Of a stretch of DNA of 64,000 nt, positions 52,053-64,000 are shown one piece after another. Under the pieces are notes generated by a model, which did not search any database, was not told where the DNA came from, and saw nothing but the letters and a program-made list of their open reading frames with translations. The DNA is from Octopus sinensis (lineage: Eukaryota). The stretch covers positions 33,232,001 through 33,296,000 of the forward strand of contig NC_043015.1 in the NCBI RefSeq assembly GCF_006345805.1, given 5' to 3'. A program made the position numbers and the translations under genes. Numbering within the stretch: position 1 is the first letter of the stretch; every line of letters starts with the position of its first letter.

Positions 52053-55000
52053 TATATGGTAGTATTTTATCTTGGAAGAATTGAAGAGGAGGTAATTATG
52101 TAACAAGATGTTATGTTACCACTTGAAACAGGTGTATTAAATGCATTCGGAATATCAGTAATTGGTTTGGGGATTATTCTAACACACACACACATGCATA
52201 TATATTATTTATATATTTATTGTTGTGTCTTGGGAGGGTCATTATGCCAATAATAATAATGCATGCACAGGTTCAATTCCACTTCTTTATTTTAGACAAT
52301 TGGTTAAATATCTAAGCAAGTAACTAATTGACTATTTGTATAACCAGCAGATAAAACAAACGATCAATTAGTTAGTTGGATAGGTACTTAACAAACAGGA
52401 AGGAAAAAAGAGAAAAGGGGAAAAATTGATGATGGTGGAGTAAAGCAACAGATAATGGCAGATGTGGGGGGGGGGGTGATGGTCCACATATCCCAGAACA
52501 AATGGTATGGTCAGCAATACCCATGGTAATGACCACAATGGCATTGCTGCAGAGAATAGCCAGGGACACTCCCTGCAGCAGCCATTTCACCTTGTGAGGC
52601 TTGTTTCTCCGATGGACTGCCATTATCTCTGTTTTGTGGAGGAAAGCAGTCGTATGGGGTTCTGGAACACCTGACGACATCTCAACAGTGATTGGCACAA
52701 ACTAACAGCAACTGGTCAGCCAGGCCATTGTATTTATTGACTTTTCTCTCCTCTGCAGGCAGTGACACCTGGGTTTGCAGCCCAACTGCTGCAAGGTTAA
52801 GACCATTATCCAACCCACAAGCAACTATACCATCCAGCATTTAGTCTGTACAGCAGCATCCACCACTGTCACTCTACCAATTCTTCTGTTCACCATCACT
52901 GTGTTGTCTGTCACCCTAATGAGTCTTCAGCTGACCACAACCATTCTGCTACCAGTTACTCCACCATCCACTGCCCTTACACACAACCAAAATTAATTAC
53001 AGACCACAACTCAAAAAGAAAAACAAAATTTTAAAAATTAACTCTACATGATTCATTTCATTTTCCAATCATTAAATATACTTTCACTGATGTAATTGTC
53101 TATTTATTAGCATAGTTCATTTATTGATTCCTAGAACAGAATCTGTCAGTAATTACTGGATACTTTCAGGTTATTTTTCACATTTATTGTAATCAGAAAT
53201 GTTCTAGAAGAACATGATATCTAATGATAGACACTGCTTTATGCGATCAGATTCTGTTTCGGTCTTTTGCTTCACCACCACCACCACCACCATAGACACC
53301 TCTGCAGTTACAGGCTGTAGGAGGGCGTGGGGTGGGGTGCTTACTGTGTCTATCTGTTGCTTCACTAACCCATAACTTCTCATGTACACCACACACACAC
53401 ACATGCATATATACACACAAATACAGATGCATACATATGCACATGCATACATATATGGAGGGGATGAGTGAGAGTATGTTTGTCTCTCTCTTTGTCTTGA
53501 CATCCATGCGGTAGTTGTAAATGTGAGCCAGTCAAATAAGCAATGTCATTAGTTTTCAATAATCTATGAGAACTTGCCATGGGGAAATATTACTTGGCTT
53601 GGAAACGTGAGGGTTGGTGACAGGAAGGGCATCTGGCTGTAGAAAATCGCCCCCCCCCAAGGCTCCACCTGACTCATGCATGCGTGGAATAGTGGACATT
53701 AAAAAGGTGATTATGATGCAGGCACACACACACATACATATCTGCACTTGCACATAGACATAAATACATACCTACACACAGATACATACAATTATACAGA
53801 CACACAAACACAAACATTTTAGTTGACTCTCTTGCATTGTTACAACATTCATACATGCATGTCTATATCTATTTATCCATCTGTCTCTCTATTATCTTGT
53901 AACAACTTAATGTAAGTCAATTAACATGAGTACTGATTTATTTCATGAAATATTCAATGGCCCAATATTTTTTCAGAGCAGGAAATTGTCAAGACACCTG
54001 TCTTAGAATGTCTTCAATAAAGATCCAGTTAGAGGCCCTCATTCTGTTAAAATCTGTATTTCATTCTGCAGTGTCTCCACACCCTACTGAATGCATGCTA
54101 TATATTTACAGCAAGCTTGACTAAGCCAAGAGACACTATTAACCCTTTTGATACCAACAAACTTCAGATAGCTCCTAGTTCTCGGATATAAACTTTCTCT
54201 TTTAAAGAGATCAAACCTTTTATCAAAATTTCAGGTTATGTTCCAAACACCAAGACAGAGCTATTTCATTAATTATTCTTTATTTTCCAGATTTATTGAA
54301 ATACAAGCAGTCTATTTTAAGAGAAATATGGAAACAAAAGGCTTAAGCTTCTCCTTAAAGACAAGTACACAGCACTGATAACTGAATATGAACCTGTAAC
54401 TTTATGACCAGATATGGTTCTCATAAGGAAGCTATTGAGTAAAAACTCACTCAAGTTTTGAGAATTTTTGACAATAACAACTTCTTGCATTTCTCAGGTT
54501 TAATATCTAAGAATGTTTTTAAGACAAAAAAAAAAAAAAGATAGCTGAAACATTAGTTTAATAAAGATAAGATCTGAGATTAATGAATTGTAAATGATGC
54601 CTTGCGCTTGATGAACGCTTTGTGAAGGTTCGGTTTGTTATGGCAGTTAACATTCAATGTTGATCAATGTTGATCAGAGCAGCTTATGGAGAAGCAGTAT
54701 CGATTTACCAGTAAGAAGTAAATGGATTAGACACAAACTGATGTAATACAACTTACACTCACCAGAAGATCTAATTCAAGTGTACAGGTTCAAGTCCAAT
54801 CCATTAATCTGAAATCTCTGGTTTTGCTGTTTCACTAAATATTCTAAATATACATTTGGGTCATTGACTCCAGTGGCACGAATTGATGCTCAGTTGTTAG
54901 TTCACCTGTACACATACTAATCAACTTAATGCCGCCGTCCCCGGCAAAGGAACACGAAGATCCAAGATTAACAATACCAATTCCACAGTCACAAACTGTC

Positions 55001-56960
55001 TACCACAAAAGAGTTCCAATAGATTACAGACTGATATGCTACCTTCTCCAATATAAAATTGAAAGATGTAACGTAAGAATACAAGAAATAAAATACAGAG
55101 AGGAAGCCACAAGTTAGAAGCAGAATAATGTTGTTAATAATATAACACTAGAGTAGAATATGTGGGTTCAATTCTCATCTACTCTTTATACTAATTTTTT
55201 TTTGCTCAAACACACACAAAGATGCCAAAATTGTAGAGGCAGAAGACGGAAAACCAGTGTGGTAATGTACTCTGTAATAATAATAATAATAATACAAATA
55301 TTAAAAAAAACCGAAGATGTTTCACACACACACACACACACAAACTAGATATGAGCATTATCGTTCTAAATTCTGTTGGTATGCTGGGCAAATTCCATAA
55401 GTGAATGAGGCTTTGTATAGTTAGGAATTTATTTATTTTTCATATTTATATTGAATTGGTCTGGAGGAAGGGACGTAAGGAATGAAATCAAACCACTGTC
55501 CCACCTACCCATCCACACAGACAGACAAACCTACAAATAAAAAGACAAAAGTGAAGGATGGGTGGGTGAGGGTGTGTGTGGGTGGGAGTAATGGAATGCT
55601 GCTATTTCATGACTAAAATGTGATTGTATCAATTATGATAGATGAATTTATGAAAAACCAAAAAGTTAATTAGGATTAATGATATAATGGTAGCGATTAA
55701 ACTGGATTACAACAATAATGGATATTGAAGAAAAGACAAGATAAATCAGATTAGCTGCAGTGAAAAGTGAACAGCTGTTACGAGCAGACAGTGAAATGGC
55801 TGTAGTGTTGCTTATAATACTGTGTGTGGGTGGGTGGGTGGGGAAGGAGAGGCTGCATGTGTGTGTGCGCTTGTTCATGCATATTAATGTGTAGGTGTAT
55901 GTGTGTGGGTGTATGTAGGTGTAGGCTTTGGCTGCCTATGTTCAGTTAGCCTCTGGTACTTGCTGTTGTTGTTTAGCCCCAGGTCAACCAGACCTGAGTT
56001 AGCAAACCTCTAGTTAAAAAAATATTCCAGACATGACTACCCAGTCTTTAACTAAGACTACATTATTTGACATATGTCCTTCTAGTTTTAAAGCTGATGC
56101 ATGTGAACTTGAGAGATTTAGTTACCACTTCTATGAGGTTGAGCAGTTCTGTAGAAACTCTCCTTCTAGCAGCATAAACTTTGATGGCTACACAGTTAAA
56201 ACCTCTCCCTAAAAGGGGGGGGGGTATTTACTAAATAGAATAAGTCAGTCACAGTCTATTAAACCGACCAGCACAACCACCACTACTTTCAAGGTAATGT
56301 GTGACCATCATCCCAATGGACTGGCTAGTGGTATCCTTTACCTTACCAGAATGAACTTGGGGAAGAAGCTTGTAGCTCCATTGCATGGTTAAGTGCCAAT
56401 ACAGACTACTTAACTATTGCACTTACAAGACAAACAATATGATTAGCAACAGGTGAGTGAATGAAAAGGACTGTCAGGTGAGGCAAGCATTGTAGCAGCT
56501 TCATACGAGACATATCAAGACTACAGATCTGACTAAAATGGCAGAGAGTAAAACCAATGCCATTTATGAGGAGGACTATTAAAGGGATGAAGACCAGGTT
56601 TTTAAACTCAAGTGAGCTTCTAAATGAGCAGATATATAAACAGTAGAGGAGCAGCAGTGACTATTCTTTAGTTCAGGCAGTGTCCCCAGTCTACAGGATC
56701 CAATGTCTCTTCCTTTCTAAAGATGCTAGGGTACAATTTGAATAAGATTTGGCTGCTCTTTCTAACAGGTTGTGCAACCATGGAGAGGCCTCCTCGGTGG
56801 TATGTGAAGAAGATGTTGTAGGTATTAGTGTAAATAAGAATAACGAAAGAGAATTTCAGCAGACTTTGCAAGGTACAATAACACAAGTATATTTAAAAAT
56901 TTTTTTGCAAGGCCAATATTGGTACCAAACTTTGAAAGAGAGAATGAGCTCTATACATCC

Positions 56961-57830
56961 CATCATCATCATCATCATCATCATTTAACGTCCGCTTTCC
57001 ATGCTAGCATGGGTTGGACGGTTCAACTGGGGTCTGGGGAGCCCGAAAGCTGCACCAGTCCAGTCAGATCTGGCAGTGTTTCTACAGCTGGATGCCCTTC
57101 CTAACGCCAACCACTCCGAGAGTGTAGTGGGTGATTTTATGTGCCACCGACACAGGTGCCAGACGAGGCTGGCAAACGGCCACGCTCGGATGGTGTTTTT
57201 TTATGTGCCACCGACACAGGTGCCAGACGAGGCTGGCAGACGGCCACGCTCGGATGGTGTTTTTATGTGCCACCGACACAGGTGCCAGATGAGGCTGGCA
57301 AACGGCCACGATCGGATGGTGTTTGTTACGTGCCCACAGCACGGAGGCCAGTCGATGCGGTACTGGCTACGGCCACGTTCGGATGGTTTTCTTGTGTGCC
57401 ACGTGCCACCGGCACTGGTACCACAAAGATACAATTCCATTGATGTTCATCTATTTTGATTTGTTTTGATTTTCACTTGCCTCAACAGGTCTTCACAAGT
57501 GTCACAAGAAGGAAGGTATGCACAGGTGGACTGACTACGTCCCAGGTAGGGGCCACAGGTTATGGCCTGACTAGTCTTGCCGGGTCTTCGGATGGTGTTT
57601 TTATGTGCCACCGACACAGGTGCCAGATGAGGCTGGCGAACGGCCACGATCGGATGGTGTTTGTTACGTGCCCACAGCACGGAGGCCAGTCGGTGCGGTA
57701 CTGGCTACGGCCACGTTCGGATGGTTTTCTTGTGTGCCACCGGCACTGGTACCACAAAGATACAATTCCATTAATGTTCATCTATTTTGATTTGTTTTGA
57801 TTTGATTTGATTTGATTTGTTTTGATTTCA
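56961..57830 (-). mobile_element. GC/CpG-rich non-autonomous retroposon with RTE-type tail and (ATG)n end, internal 62-64 bp tandem units and a duplicated block of about 220 bp
   Basis: (CAT)n-ttaacgtccgctttccatgctagcatgggttgg tail; units begin at 57139, 57203 and 57265; block 57251-57471 recurs at 57589-57802. Confidence 0.7.
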
Positions 57831-58014
57831 TTTGACTATTGAAATTTGTTCACACCTACAGTCATTAATGTACTGAATTATACATCCTTATTATATGTGC
57901 TCATTGACATAGCTATTAGTAGACTGAATTATACACACGGATGATAAATTTTAGTTCATATTGTCATTACTGTACTTGACTACATCTCTTGAGTACAGAT
58001 TGTAGTTCACTTAC

Positions 58015-58390
58015 AGTTATTGGTATACTTAGTTATATACAGCCTCATTATAGGTCCTAGTTGTATACTGAGTGGCACATCCTAGCTACAATCCGAGTTT
58101 ATACTTATCGTTTATTGGTGTACTGAGCTGTATACCCTGACTAATGATTCTAGCTTTCACCAATAGTTTATTGGTATATTGAGCTATGCATCCTGACTAT
58201 AATCCTAGTTCATACCTACAGTTACTGGTGCACTGAGCTATACACCCTAACTATTGGTCCTAGCTAATATCTACAGTTATTGGCATACTGAGCTATATGC
58301 CCTGACTAAGGGTTCTAGCTTTCACTGATAGTCATCGGTATACTGAGCTATACACTGGGACTGTGTCCTAGTTAATACTAGTTATCAGTG
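58015..58390. repeat. Degenerate minisatellite of about 55 bp (ttattggtatactgagctata..cctgact..ctag..)
   Basis: Units start near 58112, 58167, 58221, 58276 and 58331. Confidence 0.8.
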
Positions 58391-58848
58391 ATACACTTTG
58401 ACTCTAACAATCTGTTTATGCAGAAAGCTAGAAATACTGAAATTCTCCAGTAAATACAATACAGTATATTCTGCAGATTATATCAATTAGTGGAATAGTT
58501 TAAGATGTGCTAAACATTCCAGGAATTCCCTATCTGAATCTACTCCAAATACATAAAATATGTCTGTGCACACATAAACACAGAGAGGTAAACACCAAGG
58601 CCTTGTACTACGGAAACCTCAACAGAAAAATATAGACTCACTTATAGATATATAAACACACACATACACAGGCATACACAATTATGCATATACACATATT
58701 TATAGAGATATACGTGTGTGTATATAGATGCATTCCCTTTAAAAACGAAACAATAATGATCATTGTGGAGGAGTCTCTAAGTGATCAGTGAACCTGCTAG
58801 AAACAGCTGCCAAACTTTCTTAAATCTAATCCTTGACACTTTCTAACT

Positions 58849-59078
58849 CAGTGGTTCTCAACTGGGGTCCATATAAGATTTTGTTGTTAAAATTTATCCA
58901 CAATAAATTGGTTATATGTATACAACACACAAAATATAGACATTTTTCTTTAATACAATTCCTAATAATATATAATTATCAAAATATGACTTTTTTAAAC
59001 ATTGGATGGCTAGGAGGGTCCAGCTGAGTAAAATAGGAATCAAAGAGGTCCACAGGTAAAAATGATTGAGAAACACAG
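58849..59078. mobile_element. hAT (Charlie-like) MITE
   Basis: Ends cagtggttctcaac ... attgagaaacacag; flanks ttctaact / ctctagca loosely fit an NTCTAGAN target. Confidence 0.65.
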
Positions 59079-60891
59079 CTCTAGCAAGAAAACTAAATAG
59101 AAATTGCTTTGTTTTGACCAAGACATCATTGTAATTGTTCTAATATTGTGTTTCTACAATGTATAAGATCAATTTTTATTGATTTAGCCCTGGATATATT
59201 ACTGGTACAGCATAATCATCAGTATTGCATTCCACTTTTCCTTATTGACATGAGTTGGATGACTTTTGTATGAGAGTGTTTTATGGCCTGCAGATGCCCC
59301 TTTCGGTCACCACTTACAGCAGACAAGGATGTGACATACCTAGGCTAAAACAACAATACACACAGTAACTGTAGATTGCTGGTATTTATTTTACAGAAAT
59401 CTCTTATGAAAAAACCAAAACTAACTACTATAAGATTAAAACTTGAAACAGTGAGACAGGAAACCAGAGACAATGTGTGTTTGTAAATACACACCCCAAC
59501 ACATACATAGATTCCAACACAAATGGTTGAGTCTAGAGAAAGCCAGGTGAGGTTACTTACTTGAATGTCATCTTATCCTATCTTGTCACAGTATGGGGAA
59601 GGGCTAGATAAATAACATGAAATGTAATCAGTATCTCAGGTGTGTAGAGAGTGGTATGTGTAACAAAGGGAGAAATGCGAGGTTTAACCCTCCGGCGTGT
59701 AAACCCGACCATATGAGGCCCAAACATTCTACCTATCTTATGATCAAACAGGCCACATCTGCTGAAGGGGTTATAGCGGAGTGTAACAGTGTGATGGAAT
59801 CAGTGATGACAAGTGTTACTGTTTATAGACAAAAGATGGTGGAGTGTAATGGATGATAAATGCAGCTATTGGAAGGTGTGAATATCCTAACTTCACAGAT
59901 TTCTGCTGAAATATTGACCAGAACAGTCCTTAGGAAGATGAACTTGGTTTACATATAACCACTCATATTATTTCTACTGTCACCAATTATCATACACCGG
60001 CAGAAGGATTGTCAAGGAAGACTTAGCAGTTGGGTCAATCTACAACACACACACACACACCATTGCTAGGTCAACAACAGTCGGTCTATTGCTGTGGTAC
60101 AACACCCTCTGCAGTTATTTAAATAGGAAGTGTTGATTCAACAAGAGTGACTGCTGTGTACTGAAGAATGGCAGCAATGATGGGTGGTACCAAAGATGCC
60201 TTCACATTCTAAATATTGTTTGTGATTTAAGTTTCCAATGGAAACTAGAGAGGGACAGAAAGAAAGAAGCACAACAGAAGAAAGATTTCATGTCAGATTT
60301 AATCAGTTGAAAAGTCAACCATATTAATGAAACAATGTGTGTGTGTGTGTGTCGGGAGAGTGAGGGGGGAGGGAAAGAAAAAGTGAATGAAAGAGAGAGA
60401 GAGAGAGAGAGCATGAGCAGATGTAAGGATGCATTATGTATGTTTAAGGAATGAGTTATTGATGTGAGTAAAGTAGATTATCAGGGTGAGAGTTGGTTGT
60501 GAACTTTAAAATGTTCTAACTCACATGAAACAGTGTCAGAGTACTTTAAAGTACATAATCCAGAATAAGTTTTAATACCAGAAATTAGGAAACGGAGATT
60601 GAAAATATATTGAAATTTAGAAGAAAACTAAGCACAAGTTATCAAAATAAAATATGATATAAATATGTGTGTGTGGACACACATGCAGATGTATAACTGA
60701 TACACGGACAAATTTGTGTTTGAAATAGAGTGTATAAAAATGTGTAGCATAATGTAAGAGTTTAAAAATATATACATTTTATATAGTGAAAACATCTAAA
60801 ACAGAACTCACTTCATAGGGTCAAATGTTTAAATATATTTACTAAATAGGCACAGGCATGGTTGTGTGGATAAGATGCTTGCTTCCCAAAC

Positions 60892-61115
60892 CTGGTGTTT
60901 GATGTGATCACTAGAGACGGCAATGTTATGCCTCCATTCATCTTCCCACATGGCCTAAGACTCAACATGAAGCCAACATCAAGTGCCTGGAGGAAGTAGT
61001 GTTGCCCTGGGTCAAGAGGGTGGCTGCTAGAAGACCCTATGTCTGGCAACAGGACTCTGCACCATGCCACACAAGCAGAGTGTGTCAGGGTGCAGACAAT
61101 TTCTGCGACCACAAT
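60892..61115 (+). mobile_element. maT-like (Tc1/mariner) transposase fragment fused to a SINE head (about 60855-60892)
   Basis: Close copy of 63360-63585 (..GNVMPPFIFPHGLRLN..WQQDSAPCH). Confidence 0.8.
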
Positions 61116-61704
61116 AAGCTTCATATACTTTACCATAGTATTAGTAATTAAGCCATTTTATTTCCTTTTCTATGGTGTTCTGGTCTACTTGATTATTTTT
61201 TTTTTTTTTTTTATTTATAAAATTAATCTAATTTTTGTATCTCTATAAATTCATACTTAGCTTATATAAAACTATACTGGTATATTCACTATTTATAAAA
61301 AAAATACTGCTTAGATTATAATTTTATTAATATATAATTAGCATGCTTTTTTACCTTAACACTCCTTTATTAATACCAGTATATACCAATTAATCAATAT
61401 TCACAGATACCATCCGATGAGTTAGTATTTAAGTGTACAATATGTATAAATATTAAACTATTTCTGGATAATTTCTTTTCCTGCCTCTATTGTGGTAAAA
61501 GTTTGGTATATACTCAAAAGTATTCATAAATTTCTATCCTTTTGTTATAATATTCTTCTTAATAATCCTTTGAATAACCCTAAACTTTCAATATGAAAGG
61601 GGATTCAACCAGAAGAGAGATAAACTAACAGGGAAATACATGCAATAGGACAAAGATAGAGAGAGAAAAAAAGATTTGTTTAAAAGAAAACTTAAAATTC
61701 TTAC

Positions 61705-61807
61705 CATCAGGTTTGTATTGAGCTACAATTTCTACAGTGTCACCTGCACCCTTGAGGGCTGCTGCAGCCTCTTCATGGGTAGCCCATCGTAGATCAATGC
61801 CATTTAC
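61705..61807 (-). CDS. dlg1: Dlg exon: C-terminal half of PDZ3 ([34 protein letters not shown]), 103 nt, phase 0-1
   Basis: Manual reverse-complement translation matches Dlg-family PDZ3; acceptor (TC)n-TAG, donor G|GTAAG. Confidence 0.95.
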
Positions 61808-62039
61808 CTAGAGAGAGAGAGAGAGAGAGAGAGATAACAATGTGCACATGGCTGATGGTTGTATTTTGAATTTTAACAAATAAGAAGTAAAATAACTTTG
61901 GTTTATTGAAGACATTGAAATCACGTGAAAGAACAATCCAACATTACAAAGAAACAGAGACAATAATTTTGAATGAAACAAAATGATGTAAGATAAAAAG
62001 CCCTGAAAGAACAGCATGGTATCAACCTGGAACTATTGA

Positions 62040-62230
62040 ATGTTAAGTAGTGATGAAATAAACTGTTTCAACAAAGACCAGGTTGTATATAATGGAGGGT
62101 GGTCGTGGACGAGGGAGACCCAGGAAGACATGGATGGAGTATTGAAGGTCAATCGCAAAATGCTGAATCTTATGAAGGAGATGACAGAGGACCAAGATAT
62201 GTAGCGCTTGGCTGTACTCAAGAAGACCCA
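62040..62230 (+). mobile_element. RTE LINE 3' remnant
   Basis: Reads EGGRGRGRPRKTW, the usual RTE ORF C-terminal motif. Confidence 0.6.
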
Positions 62231-62339
62231 CCAACTGTAACAGAATTGAGATCCTAAAACGAAGCTGCTACATAAAAAGTACCCAGTACACCCTGTAGAG
62301 TAGATGGTATTAGAAAAGGCATCCAGCCATAGAAACGTT

Positions 62340-62645
62340 TAAATCAGCCGAATCCGGCCCAAATATTCTACCAGTTTTATGTTAAAACCAGCCAAACCTG
62401 GCCTTTGATATCTATCCTACATTGTCGTAGTAAAAATAAACAACCACATCATTGAAATCTCTTGGTTACAAGATAATGCAAGATTAATTCAAAACTATGT
62501 GAATTAATAAACATTGCATTTTACAGAATAATCTGAATGCTAAAGGGTTAAATGTAATTGTTTTATTTTTAGGATGACATGGTAGGTTAGGTGTGAGAGG
62601 CTGGATCTGGTCAGTTTGGACGTAAAACAATATATTTGGGCCAGG
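62340..62645. mobile_element. piggyBac-like MITE (62340-62547) followed by an inverted partial copy (about 62552-62645)
   Basis: aatgctaaaggg|ttaa at 62536-62551; the next about 95 bp are the reverse complement of the MITE's left part. Confidence 0.65.
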
Positions 62646-63182
62646 TGAGGATGGTTATATATGTATATACATGCATAAGAACACAAATACACAAACGCAT
62701 ATGTGATCAGATTCAACATTCAATAACGGAGCATCTCTTGTGTCTGAGTGGTCAGTCCAGACTTCATCAAAATTCCAAAAGCACTGTTTTTGGCAATAGT
62801 CTTAACGAACTCCAAGATGTAAAAAGCAGGAGAAATTGAGTTTCAGCATCATTTTTTAAAATCAGTCAATAATAAATAGTAAAAAACAGCCCCAGTAATT
62901 ATCATGTAGAACAGACTTGAGTGTATAATGCCTATTATAAAGGTGAGGTGGTGCCAAAGTGAGCAGTGTGCGCTCATGCACACAGATGCACAGACCTGTT
63001 GAATCTGTATGCTGCCAATCTATTGATGAGATGCATATTAAGAAATAACTTAGGCCTTAACAACCTTTCCATTCTGTACCAGTGTGAAAAGGTAGCTTGA
63101 AGATGAAGATGATGATTGGATACAATAGGGTGTGAATGAAAGAAAGAAAATGCTTAATATACATATGAAAGTTTTGAATGTA

Positions 63183-63896
63183 GAGGGTGCGATGGGTAAA
63201 TTGTTGCCAGTTTATATTTTGCATTTCATGCATGTGCATTGCTTATTTCTGATTGTCGACTACACATTATGGTAGGGTCAGTTGGGCACTGCCTGTGAGA
63301 AAAACAGCATCATGATGCAATTCACTCTGCCAGAAATTTAGAAACAACATGCTGTATTGCTTGGCATCACTAGTGATGGCAATGTTATGCCTCCATTCAT
63401 CTTCCCACACGGCCTCAGACTCAATATGGAGGCTTACATCAAATGCCTGGAGGCGGTAGTGCTCTCCTGGGTCAACAGGGTGGCTGCTGGAAGACACTAT
63501 ATCTGGCAGCAGGACTTTGCACCATGCTACACAAGCAGGAGAACCCAGTCGTGGCTGTCAGACAATTTCTGCGACCACATCACCCCTAACATCTGGCCAC
63601 CTAACTCCACTGAGAGACCAACAAAACTCCTTGTAACACCAAGGATGAACTGAAGGCAAGGAGCATGGCAGCATTCACCAACTTAAACAAAGAGACCGTC
63701 CAGAAGAGTTGCAGGAGATTCTGAAGTTGTTTGGACACCATGGTTGAAGCCAATGGATGAGTTTATTGAATAAATTTACTCTTCAGTATTTCAAGATATT
63801 TCAATGTAAATTTGGTAAATATATCTGTTAAAATGAGATGCCAGTGTTATTTTCATTTTTGCATAATTTAGATGACAATTTATTCACTGCACGCTG
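63183..63896 (+). mobile_element. Internally deleted maT-like (Tc1/mariner) element with imperfect TIRs, TA on both flanks
   Basis: GNVMPPFIFPHGLRLN..YIWQQDFAPCYTSRRTQSWLSDNF..IWPPNS; left end TA-gagggtgcgatgggtaaattgt, right end (reverse complement) TA-cagcgtgcagtgaataaattgt. Confidence 0.8.
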
Positions 63897-64000
63897 TATA
63901 TATTAAACGCATAAGAAATGTTTATTATACATAATATAATTTATATTTGTATGTATGTATATATATTAACAAAATATATTTAATATACACACACAAGTAA

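Noticed and set aside
52372-52996. 108-aa and 73-aa ORFs in non-repetitive-looking sequence
   Set aside because: No recognisable motif, no consistent splice pattern, low-complexity ends.
54751-54808. Tandem consensus donors GTGAGT-GTAAGT after a possible 46-nt exon
   Set aside because: The acceptor has no pyrimidine tract, there is an immediate in-frame TAA, and no usable ATG for a first exon.
57139-57802. CRISPR-like repeat array, or coding ORFs in several frames
   Set aside because: Units are contiguous with no unique spacers, no cas genes, eukaryotic context; overlapping ORFs reflect GC-rich repeats lacking stops.

Overview
AT-rich, repeat-dense animal genomic DNA. Its SINE/MITE repertoire looks to me like octopus (coleoid cephalopod); this is inference, not a database match. 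The window lies inside one large minus-strand gene, a discs large (Dlg1/SAP97/PSD-95 family) MAGUK scaffold. Ten coding exons can be read with canonical AG/GT sites and matching phases, from the C-terminal half of PDZ3 (61705-61807) through SH3, HOOK, an I3-like insert and a 36-nt microexon to most of the GK domain (689-798). The gene runs off both ends. The introns hold tRNA-derived SINEs, CR1, RTE and Gypsy fragments, Tc1/maT remnants, piggyBac-, hAT- and pogo-type MITEs, and mini/microsatellites. The most interesting signal is a set of extra, frame-preserving candidate microexons not in the core model: 21 nt at the start of SH3 (28211-28231), and 30 nt (9687-9716) and 21 nt (16094-16114) in the HOOK region, some with upstream UGC/UGCAUG motifs. 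Weaker and truncating candidates are also listed. Together they suggest combinatorial splicing of the SH3-HOOK-GK module; this needs RNA-seq to confirm. Other notable structures are a multi-branched palindrome (2907-3067), an apparently perfect 495-bp tandem duplication, a head-to-tail array of about six SINEs, and a CR1 LINE nested in a SINE. Nearly all ORFs in the supplied track are microsatellite or repeat artefacts. Repeat boundaries are approximate and read by eye.
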